Source: a virus (Duplodnaviria > Caudoviricetes). From it: a DNA stretch of 64,000 nucleotides. Under the pieces are notes generated by a model that did not search any database, was not told the DNA's origin, and saw nothing but the letters and a program-made list of their open reading frames with translations. Made by a program: the position numbers and the translations under genes. The DNA lies in IMG/VR virus record IMGVR_UViG_3300038318_000521, positions 830 through 64,829 of that record; one strand, given 5' to 3'. Of this stretch, positions 35,539 through 44,654 are shown in pieces; positions within the stretch are counted from its first letter, which is position 1, and each line of letters begins with the position of its first letter.

Positions 35539-36981
35539 TCAACTATAGATTCTAGCTCCAGCAAGTAAAGCCATGGCGTCAGGATCTTGTCTGTTTCCTC
35601 TGGCCAACAATAAGCAGACCGCATCTCCGAAGTCGGGAGAACGACCTAGGCGTTTCTTCATCTCTTCTTTTGTTTCGACAACAATCTGCCCACGTGAATT
35701 GATTTTGTACTTAATGCCGGATAAGTCGGCTAAAAGTTCATCATTAGGCGGTAGGCCAATGGGATCGGGATTGGTGGCAGGATTAGGATCAAGACGTTCT
35801 CGTAAAATCCACCAGAGTTCACTACGCAGATTAGCAAAGTTCTCTGGGTCCTTAGCCCTTTCGGCCACATTAATTTCTGTGACGTTCAAGTTTTGTTCAT
35901 TAAGCCTGTCAACTACGCCAGCGCCAAGGCCGATAACATCCACCTTAATATCTGTGGGTTTGTGCTCTTTGTGTGCCATAACAACGCGACCGGCGGTCTC
36001 CATGGTGTCTTGTTTGCTGTACTCTTGAAGACCCACGATTTTAGAGCCATACCTTACACCAATCACAGTCTTATCACTACCGTATCTGGCGACGTCTACG
36101 CCGATTTCGATAGGTTCGCCCTTCTCCATGTCAATCCATCTTTCCATAGCGGCTTCAATCCATGATAAGGGAATAAGGGTATCCTCGCCATCTTCGGCAA
36201 ATTGCCCCTTAACACGTGCAATGTATGCAGGAGAATCCGGGCCCCAGCGTTTGTACTTATCAGCTACCCATTCGGGTGTAATAAGTTTCGCATTAGCGAG
36301 TGGCCCAGTGATTTTATCCTGCCAAGTTTCGTTTGCGATATCTTCTTCCGTGATGCCGAACGCAGTAAAATTCGGAGTGTCGAAAGCTGATATACTAATC
36401 GTGTTCCAGCCAGGGCCCTTAAAGGCCTTGTAAAATGTGCCATTGGTGTTCGTTGGGTTACCCAGCAATAAAAGGCGTGCGTTGCCGGAAGTAAGCACAC
36501 CCTCGATAGCTTCAAAAATATCCTCTGGCACACCAGCTGCTTCATCTACCACCACTAAAATGTTTTCTTCATGGAAACCCTGAAATCTATCCGGTTCATT
36601 AGTAGACAGCCCTGCGGCATACCATTCGTCTTGAACAATCTGGATTTCCGGGCTCTTAGGTAGGATGTTGCCCCCCAAGGGAAACTTGGCTCTCCTGTGC
36701 GAAGCTCTAACCTCTTTCCAAATCAACTTTTCAACCTGCCTCCAAGTCGGTGCTGTACTCAGCACAATTGAATATGGAAATGTGTATAAAAACCAAAGAA
36801 TTACTTGACCAGCCGTAAATGATTTTCCTACACCATGGCAACTGCGGACCGCAGTCCTGGGATGATCCCTGACCGATTCAAGTATTTCCGCCTGTTTGCT
36901 CCAAGGTTTAGCGTTAAGAGCGTCTTCGACGAACCACACCGGATCACGTTGGGCTTTCTGAAGAATCATCTTCGCCTTCAA
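35539..36981 (-). CDS. terL: Terminase large subunit
   Basis: Walker A SCHGVGKS, Walker B VVVDEA, nuclease motifs GVDVARYGSD and SPDFGDA. Confidence 0.93.
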   Translation of the reverse strand: MKAKMILQKAQRDPVWFVEDALNAKPWSKQAEILESVRDHPRTAVRSCHGVGKSFTAGQVILWFLYTFPYSIVLSTAPTWRQVEKLIWKEVRASHRRAKFPLGGNILPKSPEIQIVQDEWYAAGLSTNEPDRFQGFHEENILVVVDEAAGVPEDIFEAIEGVLTSGNARLLLLGNPTNTNGTFYKAFKGPGWNTISISAFDTPNFTAFGITEEDIANETWQDKITGPLANAKLITPEWVADKYKRWGPDSPAYIARVKGQFAEDGEDTLIPLSWIEAAMERWIDMEKGEPIEIGVDVARYGSDKTVIGVRYGSKIVGLQEYSKQDTMETAGRVVMAHKEHKPTDIKVDVIGLGAGVVDRLNEQNLNVTEINVAERAKDPENFANLRSELWWILRERLDPNPATNPDPIGLPPNDELLADLSGIKYKINSRGQIVVETKEEMKKRLGRSPDFGDAVCLLLARGNRQDPDAMALLAGARIYS

Positions 36982-37369
36982 TGGCCTTCACCACCATGTC
37001 CACCCAATTGTTGAGTTGTATCGGGCCACCATCTTTGCCGGTGATTTCTTGTCGTTCCGTGTACAGACCAGCCATCTCTAAAATGACCTTTCCGTGGTTG
37101 TAAGAACCCCTTATCGCTTCTTTGACAAAAGCGTTCATTACTGGCATCAAATGCCTATCAACCATTTCCCGAGATGTTTTCTTGACCAGTGCTACAAATT
37201 CGGGCTTTTTAAAGGCTTCATAGTAAGTGGCACGACTGACTTCTGCCAGTTGACATATTTTTGTGACAGGAAGGAAGCGATTATTGGGATCTAATAGGAC
37301 TTCCAGAATTTTTTGCTCTGCGTTTGTAGGCTCGTAATCTGTACGGGTTTGATCAGTCATTTTTACCAC
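36944..37369 (-). CDS. terS: Terminase small subunit (HTH type)
   Basis: HTH VTKICQLAEVSRATYY; C-terminal EITGKDGGPIQ; precedes TerL. Confidence 0.8.
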   Translation of the reverse strand: MVKMTDQTRTDYEPTNAEQKILEVLLDPNNRFLPVTKICQLAEVSRATYYEAFKKPEFVALVKKTSREMVDRHLMPVMNAFVKEAIRGSYNHGKVILEMAGLYTERQEITGKDGGPIQLNNWVDMVVKAIEGEDDSSESPT

Positions 37370-37370
37370 C

Positions 37371-37766
37371 TCACTTTAGAATATTAGGCACCTCTTGCCC
37401 TGGTCGTGACCAATCTAAGTCTATCTCTAAAATCTCCTTGAAGTCCTGCACAGTGTGCTTGACCAAAGGTAGATGTGAAGATATCGGTATATGCATAAGC
37501 TCATGAAGCATCAATATTGCCAGTTGTTCCTCGCTCAATAAATCACACCATTGCCAATAAAACACAATTGCGTATTCAGCATCAGTGAAAAAATTGATGG
37601 GATCTGTTCCAAACTTGTAACATTTCGCAATCGCTGATTTTGGTTTGGTCTCATGTTCAACCAGAAATAGGACTTCATCGATATCTACGTGGCGCACTTC
37701 ATCTCTACTTGCGATCACCTTCTCGGCAAGTTCTCGCATCCACTCAGGTTGTGTCCATAGTGCCAC
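37371..37766 (-). CDS. Putative phage metallopeptidase
   Basis: LMLHELMHI...H.VQDF. Confidence 0.75.
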   Translation of the reverse strand: MALWTQPEWMRELAEKVIASRDEVRHVDIDEVLFLVEHETKPKSAIAKCYKFGTDPINFFTDAEYAIVFYWQWCDLLSEEQLAILMLHELMHIPISSHLPLVKHTVQDFKEILEIDLDWSRPGQEVPNILK

Positions 37767-37784
37767 ATAGACCCCCTCCTCTTT

Positions 37785-37860
37785 TGGCGAAGGAGGCAGG
37801 ACTCGAACCTGCAGCCCTCGGTTTTGGAAACCGTAGCTCTTCCGTTTGAGCTACCGCCTT
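37785..37860 (-). tRNA. trnW: tRNA-Trp(CCA) with a degenerate acceptor stem
   Basis: 76 nt; D arm GCTC/GAGC with GG; anticodon loop TTCCAAA; T arm GCAGG-TTCGAGT-CCTGC; G73 and encoded CCA; A1:C72 and C5:C68 mismatches. Confidence 0.8.
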
Positions 37861-37928
37861 ACGAATTTCTATCTAAAATACCGATTTGGTTTCGATCTTC
37901 GTTTACCGCTCAGTTAAACAATGAGCAT

Positions 37929-38093
37929 TTATCGTCCTATTATCGCATAAGGTTCCCTGTTGTTTAGAATATTGGTCAAAGCTTCTTCTGTTTCTTTTAC
38001 CAACCCCTCTAAAGCTTCAGCATCTCCTTGGCAACCAGCACAGTCTATCAGTACATCACGAACAATTTCAATGCGCTTCAATGTTTGTTCCAT
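37929..38093 (-). CDS. Small hypothetical protein (54 aa)
   Basis: Start MEQTLKR after RBS AGGAGGTG. Confidence 0.5.
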   Translation of the reverse strand: MEQTLKRIEIVRDVLIDCAGCQGDAEALEGLVKETEEALTNILNNREPYAIIGR

Positions 38094-38478
38094 GGTCACC
38101 TCCTGCTTATAGACCGCAGGATCTCTGCGGGATATATGGATCACACTCCTTTCTATTTGCACACCACAGCAAACAAAAACATGATCCGCCTCCCCTTTTT
38201 TAAATACACCCGCCCCCACCCCGGCTTTTTGAAGTCATCCCGTCTCATCTAGAATGCACACCCCTGTGGAGTGTGGAGAAGAATGGTCTTTTGATAGTGT
38301 ATAGTCCCCTCCCGCACCCCGGACATTCCCAGTATGCAGGCAACCGTTTTTAAAATAAGGTGGGCAGTCGGTTTCTTTACACCTGCACTGCCCTGGTCCC
38401 GGTAGCGATGCCCGGACCTGAATTTATAGCAAACCCCCAACGCGCCAATGGTGACCCATCCACAAGGTTAGGGGCTCA

Positions 38479-38601
38479 CTAACAACAATACAAACGCCAT
38501 GCCATTCTCCATGCTTTGCGAAAAGCGTCTCTTCGGTCTTCGTCATACACGCTGCGGTTCACCTTGTAATGCCCAATTAAACAATTGAGGAACTCTCTCA
38601 T
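38479..38601 (-). CDS. Small hypothetical protein (40 aa, not in the ORF track)
   Basis: ATGA coupling; MREFLNCLIGHYK...RLYCC. Confidence 0.35.
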   Translation of the reverse strand: MREFLNCLIGHYKVNRSVYDEDRRDAFRKAWRMAWRLYCC

Positions 38602-39170
38602 AGAGATAACCCATCACGATCAACCACTATTGCAAACATCAAACGACAAAACGCATGTCCCAAATGATCGTCTTGTTCGTCACCAGCTAGATAGGCGAAT
38701 ATGTGTTGCAATGCATGGTTCAAGTGTTCCTCTGGAGTGATGCGTTTCCAGTTGTCACGCCCATACTTATCGGCGCCCTTTTGGAGAATGCCTGCTAGTT
38801 GAAACATAGCTAGAGCATCTAGTTGGGTGAAAGCATATTCCATCTTGCTTTGCTTCCCGCCATGTTCGTTTACGTCCATTGGGGCATCTTTGCCAACGCC
38901 ATCTATTTCTATTGGTATAGTTTCGAATCTAATGTATTTGCTATCGCAATGGGGGCATTGCAATGTATTGCCGATTGGTTCTCCACAACCATCGCAGAAT
39001 AAATTGTTACCATCTGTCGGGAAACTGGCACTGTATTCTTCCATGCACCGTAAGGAACAAAACCTAGGGCCTATACCACTACCATCCAACATCCACGTAT
39101 GCCAGGAGCAAATAGGTGCCCCACAATGTCCACACTCAAGAGAATTAACCTCTACAGGTTGTTTCGCCAT
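38598..39170 (-). CDS. Zn-finger plus dATP/dGTP diphosphohydrolase (DUF5664-like) protein
   Basis: GADKYGRDNWKR...HLNHALQH...HLGHAFC; Cys-rich N-terminus. Confidence 0.75.
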   Translation of the reverse strand: MAKQPVEVNSLECGHCGAPICSWHTWMLDGSGIGPRFCSLRCMEEYSASFPTDGNNLFCDGCGEPIGNTLQCPHCDSKYIRFETIPIEIDGVGKDAPMDVNEHGGKQSKMEYAFTQLDALAMFQLAGILQKGADKYGRDNWKRITPEEHLNHALQHIFAYLAGDEQDDHLGHAFCRLMFAIVVDRDGLSL

Positions 39171-39173
39171 GAC

Positions 39174-39524
39174 TTAACCTCCCGAAGTAAAAACTTTGAT
39201 TAGAACCAACGGCCAGAATACAAAGCCTGCCGTATCGTCTACAAGAATGTCGCACGATAACTTCCGGCAATCACCGCCGTATTGCTTAATACGATCATCA
39301 GAATTTTCGTTATGGTAGTGGAAATCTATGCCCTTCATCCAACACGCCCAAACAGCTTCGTCAAGTAAAATACCCTCTCGGCATGTCCAAAGAATAAGCG
39401 TATGTCCTCTGCGGTAGAGCCATCTGCATACGAACTTCGCCCCGAACTTAAAGCGACCTATCTTTGGGTATCTACTCTTAACAATCGTGCCATCAAAGTC
39501 CAGGCCGATCACAAGTTTTTTCAT
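39174..39524 (-). CDS. HAD-family phosphatase (BT0820-like)
   Basis: LDFDGTIV, LILWTCR, RKLSCDILVDD. Confidence 0.8.
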   Translation of the reverse strand: MKKLVIGLDFDGTIVKSRYPKIGRFKFGAKFVCRWLYRRGHTLILWTCREGILLDEAVWACWMKGIDFHYHNENSDDRIKQYGGDCRKLSCDILVDDTAGFVFWPLVLIKVFTSGG

Positions 39525-39533
39525 GTTGACCTC

Positions 39534-40943
39534 CTATTGGATCGTGGAGTACCAGATTTCCCGCAATCCACGATGCTTGTCCCATATAAATGATTGGCTA
39601 GTAGCTATTGCACCAACATAACCAGATTCGGCGTGCCATGAGTCTGTAGCTGTCACGCTCGATAAACGCCGCACTTTGACTCCGAATTCTTCTTTGACTT
39701 GCTCACTATGGAGATGTCCTGTATGCCACTCCCTGTAAAGAGTACGCCCCCAGGCCTCTGCAGCTTCAATTTGCATGTTACCAAAAAGACGTTTGCCCTC
39801 TTTGTCTCCATGAGTGTATCCGATTAAGCACTTGCCAAACTCAATATACTTTCGTGTTTTAGGATTGGTGTCCACCTCGATGTTTTCGTTGTTGCGAAAA
39901 TATGAGGCAAGATTAACTATAGTGTAAAACGAGATTTGGGTGTCGTGATTACCAGGGATTTGAAAAACTTTTACTGGAGCAAGTTGAGCCAATATGTCTA
40001 TCGCCCGAATTAGTAGCTCGTTACCCTTCAGGAACATTTTCTGCCACCTAGAATCGTTGTCTTGTGCTGTTCCTTTGGTGGTATTGCCCGCTATGTCATC
40101 GTAGTTAAAAAAGTCACTCCCGATAGGAAAGATGATTTGCTCGAAGTCGGTGTCTCTGGCTCTCTCCACCACATCATAAATGACGTCCATAAACCGCTTT
40201 TCAGCAATTTTACTGTCATAGTTTTCTCCTGTTTCGGGTTCCCAGGCTAGTTTGGCAAGATGAAGATCCACAATGGGAACTTCAAGCATTAAGCCTGATT
40301 TGACCTTGGGCCTTAATGGGATTGTTGGGCCATCATATTTCCACTCGTGTTCTGATATGAGACGATGAATTTTTTGCAGTTGATAGTCTTTCTTACGATA
40401 TTGCTCTAACTCTTTTAACGCTAACTCAATCTCTCTATGCTGCAACCTTATAAAATACTGTTGCTTTTTTCGTTCTAGGGATTGATCAACCAGTTCTTCA
40501 ATGTCGCCCTCTAGTTCTTCGTCCAGGTAAGGCACATCGTCCTTGGTTATCCCGAATGCAGATTTAACTACCCAAAAATCACGCCTAGGCATGTCCAGTT
40601 CACGACAAACGCCATTGATAGTGAGCTTCTGTTCGCAGTAGAGTTGCTTTAACTGCCTTAACTTAGCCTTGGTGATTTCAAGGGTACGGATTCGAGAAGT
40701 AACAATGTAATAATCTCCATGATCTACTATGCTAGGCTTCTGTTCTTCCTGGCCTTCGGCAGTTCCAGCTAACTTTTGCTGTTTATCATGGCGATAGAAT
40801 CGGCTATTTACCGCCCTCCGCGTTGTACCAAGTTCGTCAGCTATCTCCTGTTGAGTTAAGCCTGCTTCTCTCAATTCAAGTGCCTCATTAAGCCAACCGA
40901 TTCCGCTCACCTCCCGATTTTGGGTATAAGAAAAGGCCCGCAA
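39534..40943 (-). CDS. HTH-fused calcineurin-like metallophosphoesterase
   Basis: DLH, GSDFF..D, GNHD, THGD and GHLH motifs; N-terminal HTH LTQQEIADELG; start uncertain. Confidence 0.8.
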   Translation of the reverse strand: MRAFSYTQNREVSGIGWLNEALELREAGLTQQEIADELGTTRRAVNSRFYRHDKQQKLAGTAEGQEEQKPSIVDHGDYYIVTSRIRTLEITKAKLRQLKQLYCEQKLTINGVCRELDMPRRDFWVVKSAFGITKDDVPYLDEELEGDIEELVDQSLERKKQQYFIRLQHREIELALKELEQYRKKDYQLQKIHRLISEHEWKYDGPTIPLRPKVKSGLMLEVPIVDLHLAKLAWEPETGENYDSKIAEKRFMDVIYDVVERARDTDFEQIIFPIGSDFFNYDDIAGNTTKGTAQDNDSRWQKMFLKGNELLIRAIDILAQLAPVKVFQIPGNHDTQISFYTIVNLASYFRNNENIEVDTNPKTRKYIEFGKCLIGYTHGDKEGKRLFGNMQIEAAEAWGRTLYREWHTGHLHSEQVKEEFGVKVRRLSSVTATDSWHAESGYVGAIATSQSFIWDKHRGLREIWYSTIQ

Positions 40944-40952
40944 TGGGGCCTT
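40929..40952 (-). terminator. Terminator-like hairpin in the late leader
   Basis: AAGGCCC-CATTGC-GGGCCTT followed by TTCTT. Confidence 0.6.
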
Positions 40953-41009
40953 CGTTTTATTAGTATTTCACGAGAATCGCTCCTCTTTTTGATTTTGCTA
41001 CACACTACC

Positions 41010-41053
41010 ACAATAACACGGTTTTTGACCTAAAAACCGACATAATACTGACA
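41010..41053 (-). promoter_or_regulatory. Putative late promoter with ArpU/RinA-binding repeats
   Basis: Extended -10 TGnTATTGT; TGTCAG / TGTCGG / GGTCAA at about 11-bp spacing directly after the activator gene. Confidence 0.45.
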
Positions 41054-41076
41054 GGATTCTGCACACTACAACCGAT

Positions 41077-41526
41077 TCATATCAATAGCCCAAACCTCTT
41101 GCCAAACTTCGGCAAAATCCTATCCCTCCACCTGTAAATGTCCCGCTCGTCTATGCCAAGAGCCATCGCAACACTTACATTACTCGCGAAACCCTTGAAG
41201 TATCTTAGCTCAACGTACTCTTTTTCTTCGGCTGGCAAGATGTTTAGTACGTCCTCTATTGCTTTTACCCAAAACATTTCGCACGTGGCGACATTTTCCA
41301 GCATGGCCAGCTGTATTGCTGTAGCTTCAGTCGGTCTTCCAATCCCACCGCCTCTAGGCTGGCCATCGCTCGGCTTGCACGATCCAAGGTCTCCATAGAT
41401 GTTACTCTTTTGCTCCTCATACTCCCGTATGATTGTTTTGTTGAGCGGGTACTCCCTCAATTTATGTTCGACAAATTGAATTTCTGGCTTTTTGAGCCTA
41501 CGTCCCAAAAGAACACCTCCCATCAT
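41077..41526 (-). CDS. ArpU/RinA-family late transcriptional activator
   Basis: GRPTEATAIQL...VELRYF...VAMALGIDERDIYRWR; last early gene. Confidence 0.8.
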   Translation of the reverse strand: MMGGVLLGRRLKKPEIQFVEHKLREYPLNKTIIREYEEQKSNIYGDLGSCKPSDGQPRGGGIGRPTEATAIQLAMLENVATCEMFWVKAIEDVLNILPAEEKEYVELRYFKGFASNVSVAMALGIDERDIYRWRDRILPKFGKRFGLLI

Positions 41527-41792
41527 AAATCCACCGCACTACGCTCTGTCATGGCCTTGATTGAACGGCTATGCCTACGCTCGAACATATCCTCGAAGTA
41601 AACCACCAGATCAGTCAATTTGCCATTTTTTGCACACACCTGACATTCATACCTCCCAGTCTTGCCGATCAGAAGTAGTGCTGATTTCACCCGGCAAAAT
41701 GGGCAATATACTCTTATTATGACTTCAGCCCGACCTTCTTCAAGACGAATGATTTTCTTGATTATATCCACGTGCTCTAGTTTGAGTTTCAT
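41523..41792 (-). CDS. Zn-ribbon hypothetical protein
   Basis: CPFC...CQVC...G. Confidence 0.55.
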   Translation of the reverse strand: MKLKLEHVDIIKKIIRLEEGRAEVIIRVYCPFCRVKSALLLIGKTGRYECQVCAKNGKLTDLVVYFEDMFERRHSRSIKAMTERSAVDL

Positions 41793-41795
41793 ACC

Positions 41796-42296
41796 TCAGC
41801 ACTCTTTCCAGTTCCATAGTCTTTGCATGCCCTTTGCTGGGATTGGCTCCGGCAACACTTTTATATTCACCAGCTCCCAAGCGTAACGGCTAGGTGTCCA
41901 ATCCCCGAATAATAACTCCTGTTCTGTAGGCACTATATATTTGTGAAAATCAGGGTGTTTCTTTGGAACATCAAGCTCTGCTCCAATTTGGATTGTTCTA
42001 GCAATATTAAGGTTCGTGCCAGGGTTGTGTACGATACGCCAGCAGTTTATAAGTTCTGCTACGGCAATGACACATCCATAAGGCAATCTGTCAAAGCTGT
42101 CTATATCAGGTAAGCCTAAAGCCTCAGCGAAGGGGAATAATGCCCACTTGGAGTACATATCTGTGTCAAATTGCTTTTTGGCTGCGTGAATCGCTATTGG
42201 TCCCCTGTAATCGGTTTTCCATGATCGGGTTTCGAACTTCTTAGCTCCACAAGCTATTAAAGATGCCCACGGTTGCCATATAGTGATTGCTTTCAT
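41796..42296 (-). CDS. ASCH-domain protein
   Basis: MKAITIWQPWASLIACGAKKFETRSW...YRGPIAIHA...KG.QRLWN. Confidence 0.9.
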   Translation of the reverse strand: MKAITIWQPWASLIACGAKKFETRSWKTDYRGPIAIHAAKKQFDTDMYSKWALFPFAEALGLPDIDSFDRLPYGCVIAVAELINCWRIVHNPGTNLNIARTIQIGAELDVPKKHPDFHKYIVPTEQELLFGDWTPSRYAWELVNIKVLPEPIPAKGMQRLWNWKEC

Positions 42297-42305
42297 GATT
42301 TCACC

Positions 42306-42635
42306 TCACACATAGTTCTTGCCGAACACTTCCACGAACTTTTCAAAGCCGTAAAGCTCCATGAAACGCTTTTGTATTTCTTGTTTCATCCTGTCGTCTA
42401 GCTCTTTGTTAAAGTGAACTCCTTTATTGGATTGATTGTGCCAATCGCCTCTAAGGTATACCCAGCAACCCCACTCTAGTGCCTTCTGGCGTTGGCCTCT
42501 ACCAAAGAACACCTCATGACGATGGAGGTTGTGGGTGGCCCCGGTTAGATAGCACTCCTTGCGGTCTTGCATGATGCTGGGTGCTACTTTGATTCTTCGC
42601 CTAGGGCTTTTCTTGGGCTTGGGGACTGCGGCCAT
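42306..42635 (-). CDS. HNH-like small phage nuclease candidate
   Basis: CYLTG...LHRHEVF...H...GVH. Confidence 0.5.
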   Translation of the reverse strand: MAAVPKPKKSPRRRIKVAPSIMQDRKECYLTGATHNLHRHEVFFGRGQRQKALEWGCWVYLRGDWHNQSNKGVHFNKELDDRMKQEIQKRFMELYGFEKFVEVFGKNYV

Positions 42636-43160
42636 CTATTTCGCCTCCCATAAATTTTTCATTCTTGCCAATTCGTCAGGCGTAGCTGTTTCGATTCCAA
42701 GTGCCTGCGCATCTTGGACTACGCTATCAATGAGCTGGCTCATTTGCTTGGTGTTATACCTGCTCGAACCCTTGTAGGCTACGATATTTGTGCATCCATC
42801 TATTTTGCTATCCATCGTTTCTGTTTGCCAGCCAAGACCCTTGCTTTCCCAGTCGGAGCAGAAAGTGTCTACTGCCTCGTTAATGATGCAAACAATATGC
42901 GACACGCCACCAATTTCGCGGATGGTATTCCTGTACACTTCGTTTCTGTTAACACCAAGTTCGGCAGCTATCTTGTCCATGAGGACCCACGCATACGAAT
43001 TGGCGTTTAAGCTCCGCTTCTTGCGATACTTCTTGACCTCAACAGTGATGTCGCCATCTTTCAGCTTGTCAAACTTCTCCCGGAAGTCAGCATCCAGTTC
43101 AATTGTTACACGTTGTTTTCTGTTGCGACCAAACGATAAATCAACTAGACGGCCCTTCAT
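42636..43160 (-). CDS. NinB-like protein
   Basis: KRSLNANSYAW and GSSRYNTKQMSQLID motifs; start after RBS GGGAGG. Confidence 0.7.
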   Translation of the reverse strand: MKGRLVDLSFGRNRKQRVTIELDADFREKFDKLKDGDITVEVKKYRKKRSLNANSYAWVLMDKIAAELGVNRNEVYRNTIREIGGVSHIVCIINEAVDTFCSDWESKGLGWQTETMDSKIDGCTNIVAYKGSSRYNTKQMSQLIDSVVQDAQALGIETATPDELARMKNLWEAK

Positions 43161-43686
43161 GGTACCCCTCCCTGTTGATGGACCTAGCTTGGTCAAATCC
43201 ATCCGGGTAACGCTTTTCCAGTTTAGCGATGTTCAAAGCTGCAACTTCCTCAATGGAAGAGCCCACTCGGATAGCGAGTTCGTGAACAATACTCACTGCC
43301 GCAAATCCGTAGTCTCTTAGCTTGAAAAGTTCATATCCCATTTGCGCAGAATAAGCTTCGCTAACCAGCCTACTTGTGGTTTTCATTAAGAGATCGGCCA
43401 AACCATACAGTTTCATGTTTTCCAGCATGTACCCATCAACACATTCACACGGACAGATACTATCCATAGACAACTCGTTTATGCTGAAAGCAGCTGCCAC
43501 GTACCAAGTCCAGTCCCCTAATTCTTCTACAAGCTTGTCCTTATCCAACTCATGACCGTGATAAAGGACCTTTTTCAGGTAGTCAACGATTTCCCCAACT
43601 TCTCCGAATATACCCATTATAATGTTGCCGCCCGTGGCGTTTCCTAACGTTCGTTTTGCTACTTCTTGATACTCTTTAAGTTTCAT
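43141..43686 (-). CDS. MazG-like nucleotide pyrophosphohydrolase
   Basis: GEVGEIVDYLKK...EELGD..WY...NIAKLEKRYPDGF. Confidence 0.85.
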   Translation of the reverse strand: MKLKEYQEVAKRTLGNATGGNIIMGIFGEVGEIVDYLKKVLYHGHELDKDKLVEELGDWTWYVAAAFSINELSMDSICPCECVDGYMLENMKLYGLADLLMKTTSRLVSEAYSAQMGYELFKLRDYGFAAVSIVHELAIRVGSSIEEVAALNIAKLEKRYPDGFDQARSINREGYHEGPSS

Positions 43687-43848
43687 GCGCTCACCTCATC
43701 GTATTTTATTGTCCATTATTCTGCGTTCCGTGTACATTTTAATGGACAGAGGGGGTAAAAAAATTTATCGCGATTTACCCCCAAGCCTTAGTTCTCTTGC
43801 TACAGTAATATTCTAGATTCGCCGTATCCTACCCTGCCCATTGACACG

Positions 43849-44217
43849 CTAAACTGCCTCTGTTAGTACGATCTCCACCCTTGGGTTAAGCTTGTCCACG
43901 CCAAATCGGTGGCTTATGCTGCTAATTTGTTTGCGCCCATCGCCTGGCAGTACACCCGCCTGCACCAGGCCGTCTAGCACAAATTTTATCCCAGCAGATA
44001 CGTTGTCTGGGTCTTTGCGCAGGTTTTTGGTCACCCAGGTGCAAGTGACATCCACCGGCATTTTGAGTTGCCCTTTCGGGACACCCGCGCACCCCCACGC
44101 CACCGCCTCGGTGTGCATACTTTTGGCTTTGGCGTAGGCTTTTGGGTGTTTTTTTGCAATGGCGATGATTTCGTTTAGATCCGGTAGCTCGCCTTCAATG
44201 GTGATTTCAAGTTGCAT
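43849..44217 (-). CDS. rusA: RusA-like Holliday junction resolvase
   Basis: RKDPDN...KFVLDGL...L.GD and NPRVEI. Confidence 0.85.
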   Translation of the reverse strand: MQLEITIEGELPDLNEIIAIAKKHPKAYAKAKSMHTEAVAWGCAGVPKGQLKMPVDVTCTWVTKNLRKDPDNVSAGIKFVLDGLVQAGVLPGDGRKQISSISHRFGVDKLNPRVEIVLTEAV

Positions 44218-44219
44218 GG

Positions 44220-44654
44220 CTACACCTCCAATAGTTCCGGATTGTCGTGGGGGTTTCCGATTACATGCCATCCGTTTATACCATTAAAAAGTATATTTTT
44301 AGCCGTATTTCCAAGGTGGTCATACGTAGAAACGGTGTAATTGCCAACCTCCGTGAAACTACTCTCGTCCCAAACCACTTTTCCTGTGGCTAAATATTCC
44401 CCACTGGGTGCTCTCTCACCTAATTTGTAGATTGGCGCCCTCCGTTGCACAATATCCCCCTCAAAAATCTTCACACCATTTTTGTCTTTAAGACCGGTGT
44501 ATTGCCCGACTGTAGCGGGGTCTACGTCGTGCCAATCTGCCCCTTCGTCTTGGATTTGTACCCACCCGGACCGTTGATAGGCCAGTATGCCCAACCCATA
44601 AACCCACTCGCCGTTGTCAATCCGCTTGCCCCTGAACTCAATCTCTCGGTTCAT
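44220..44654 (-). CDS. YopX-family protein
   Basis: MNREIEFRGK...TVGQYTGLKDKNG.KIFEGDI...VIGN.HDNPELL. Confidence 0.92.
   Translation of the reverse strand: MNREIEFRGKRIDNGEWVYGLGILAYQRSGWVQIQDEGADWHDVDPATVGQYTGLKDKNGVKIFEGDIVQRRAPIYKLGERAPSGEYLATGKVVWDESSFTEVGNYTVSTYDHLGNTAKNILFNGINGWHVIGNPHDNPELLEV

Noticed and set aside
37785-37860. tRNA as the attachment site
   Set aside because: It is internal to the late region, far from the integrase, and no duplicated 3' end was seen.
38598-39170. Z-genome (2-aminoadenine) pathway
   Set aside because: No PurZ or DatZ-type HD gene and no phage DNA polymerase; a Dam-like MTase implies normal adenine.
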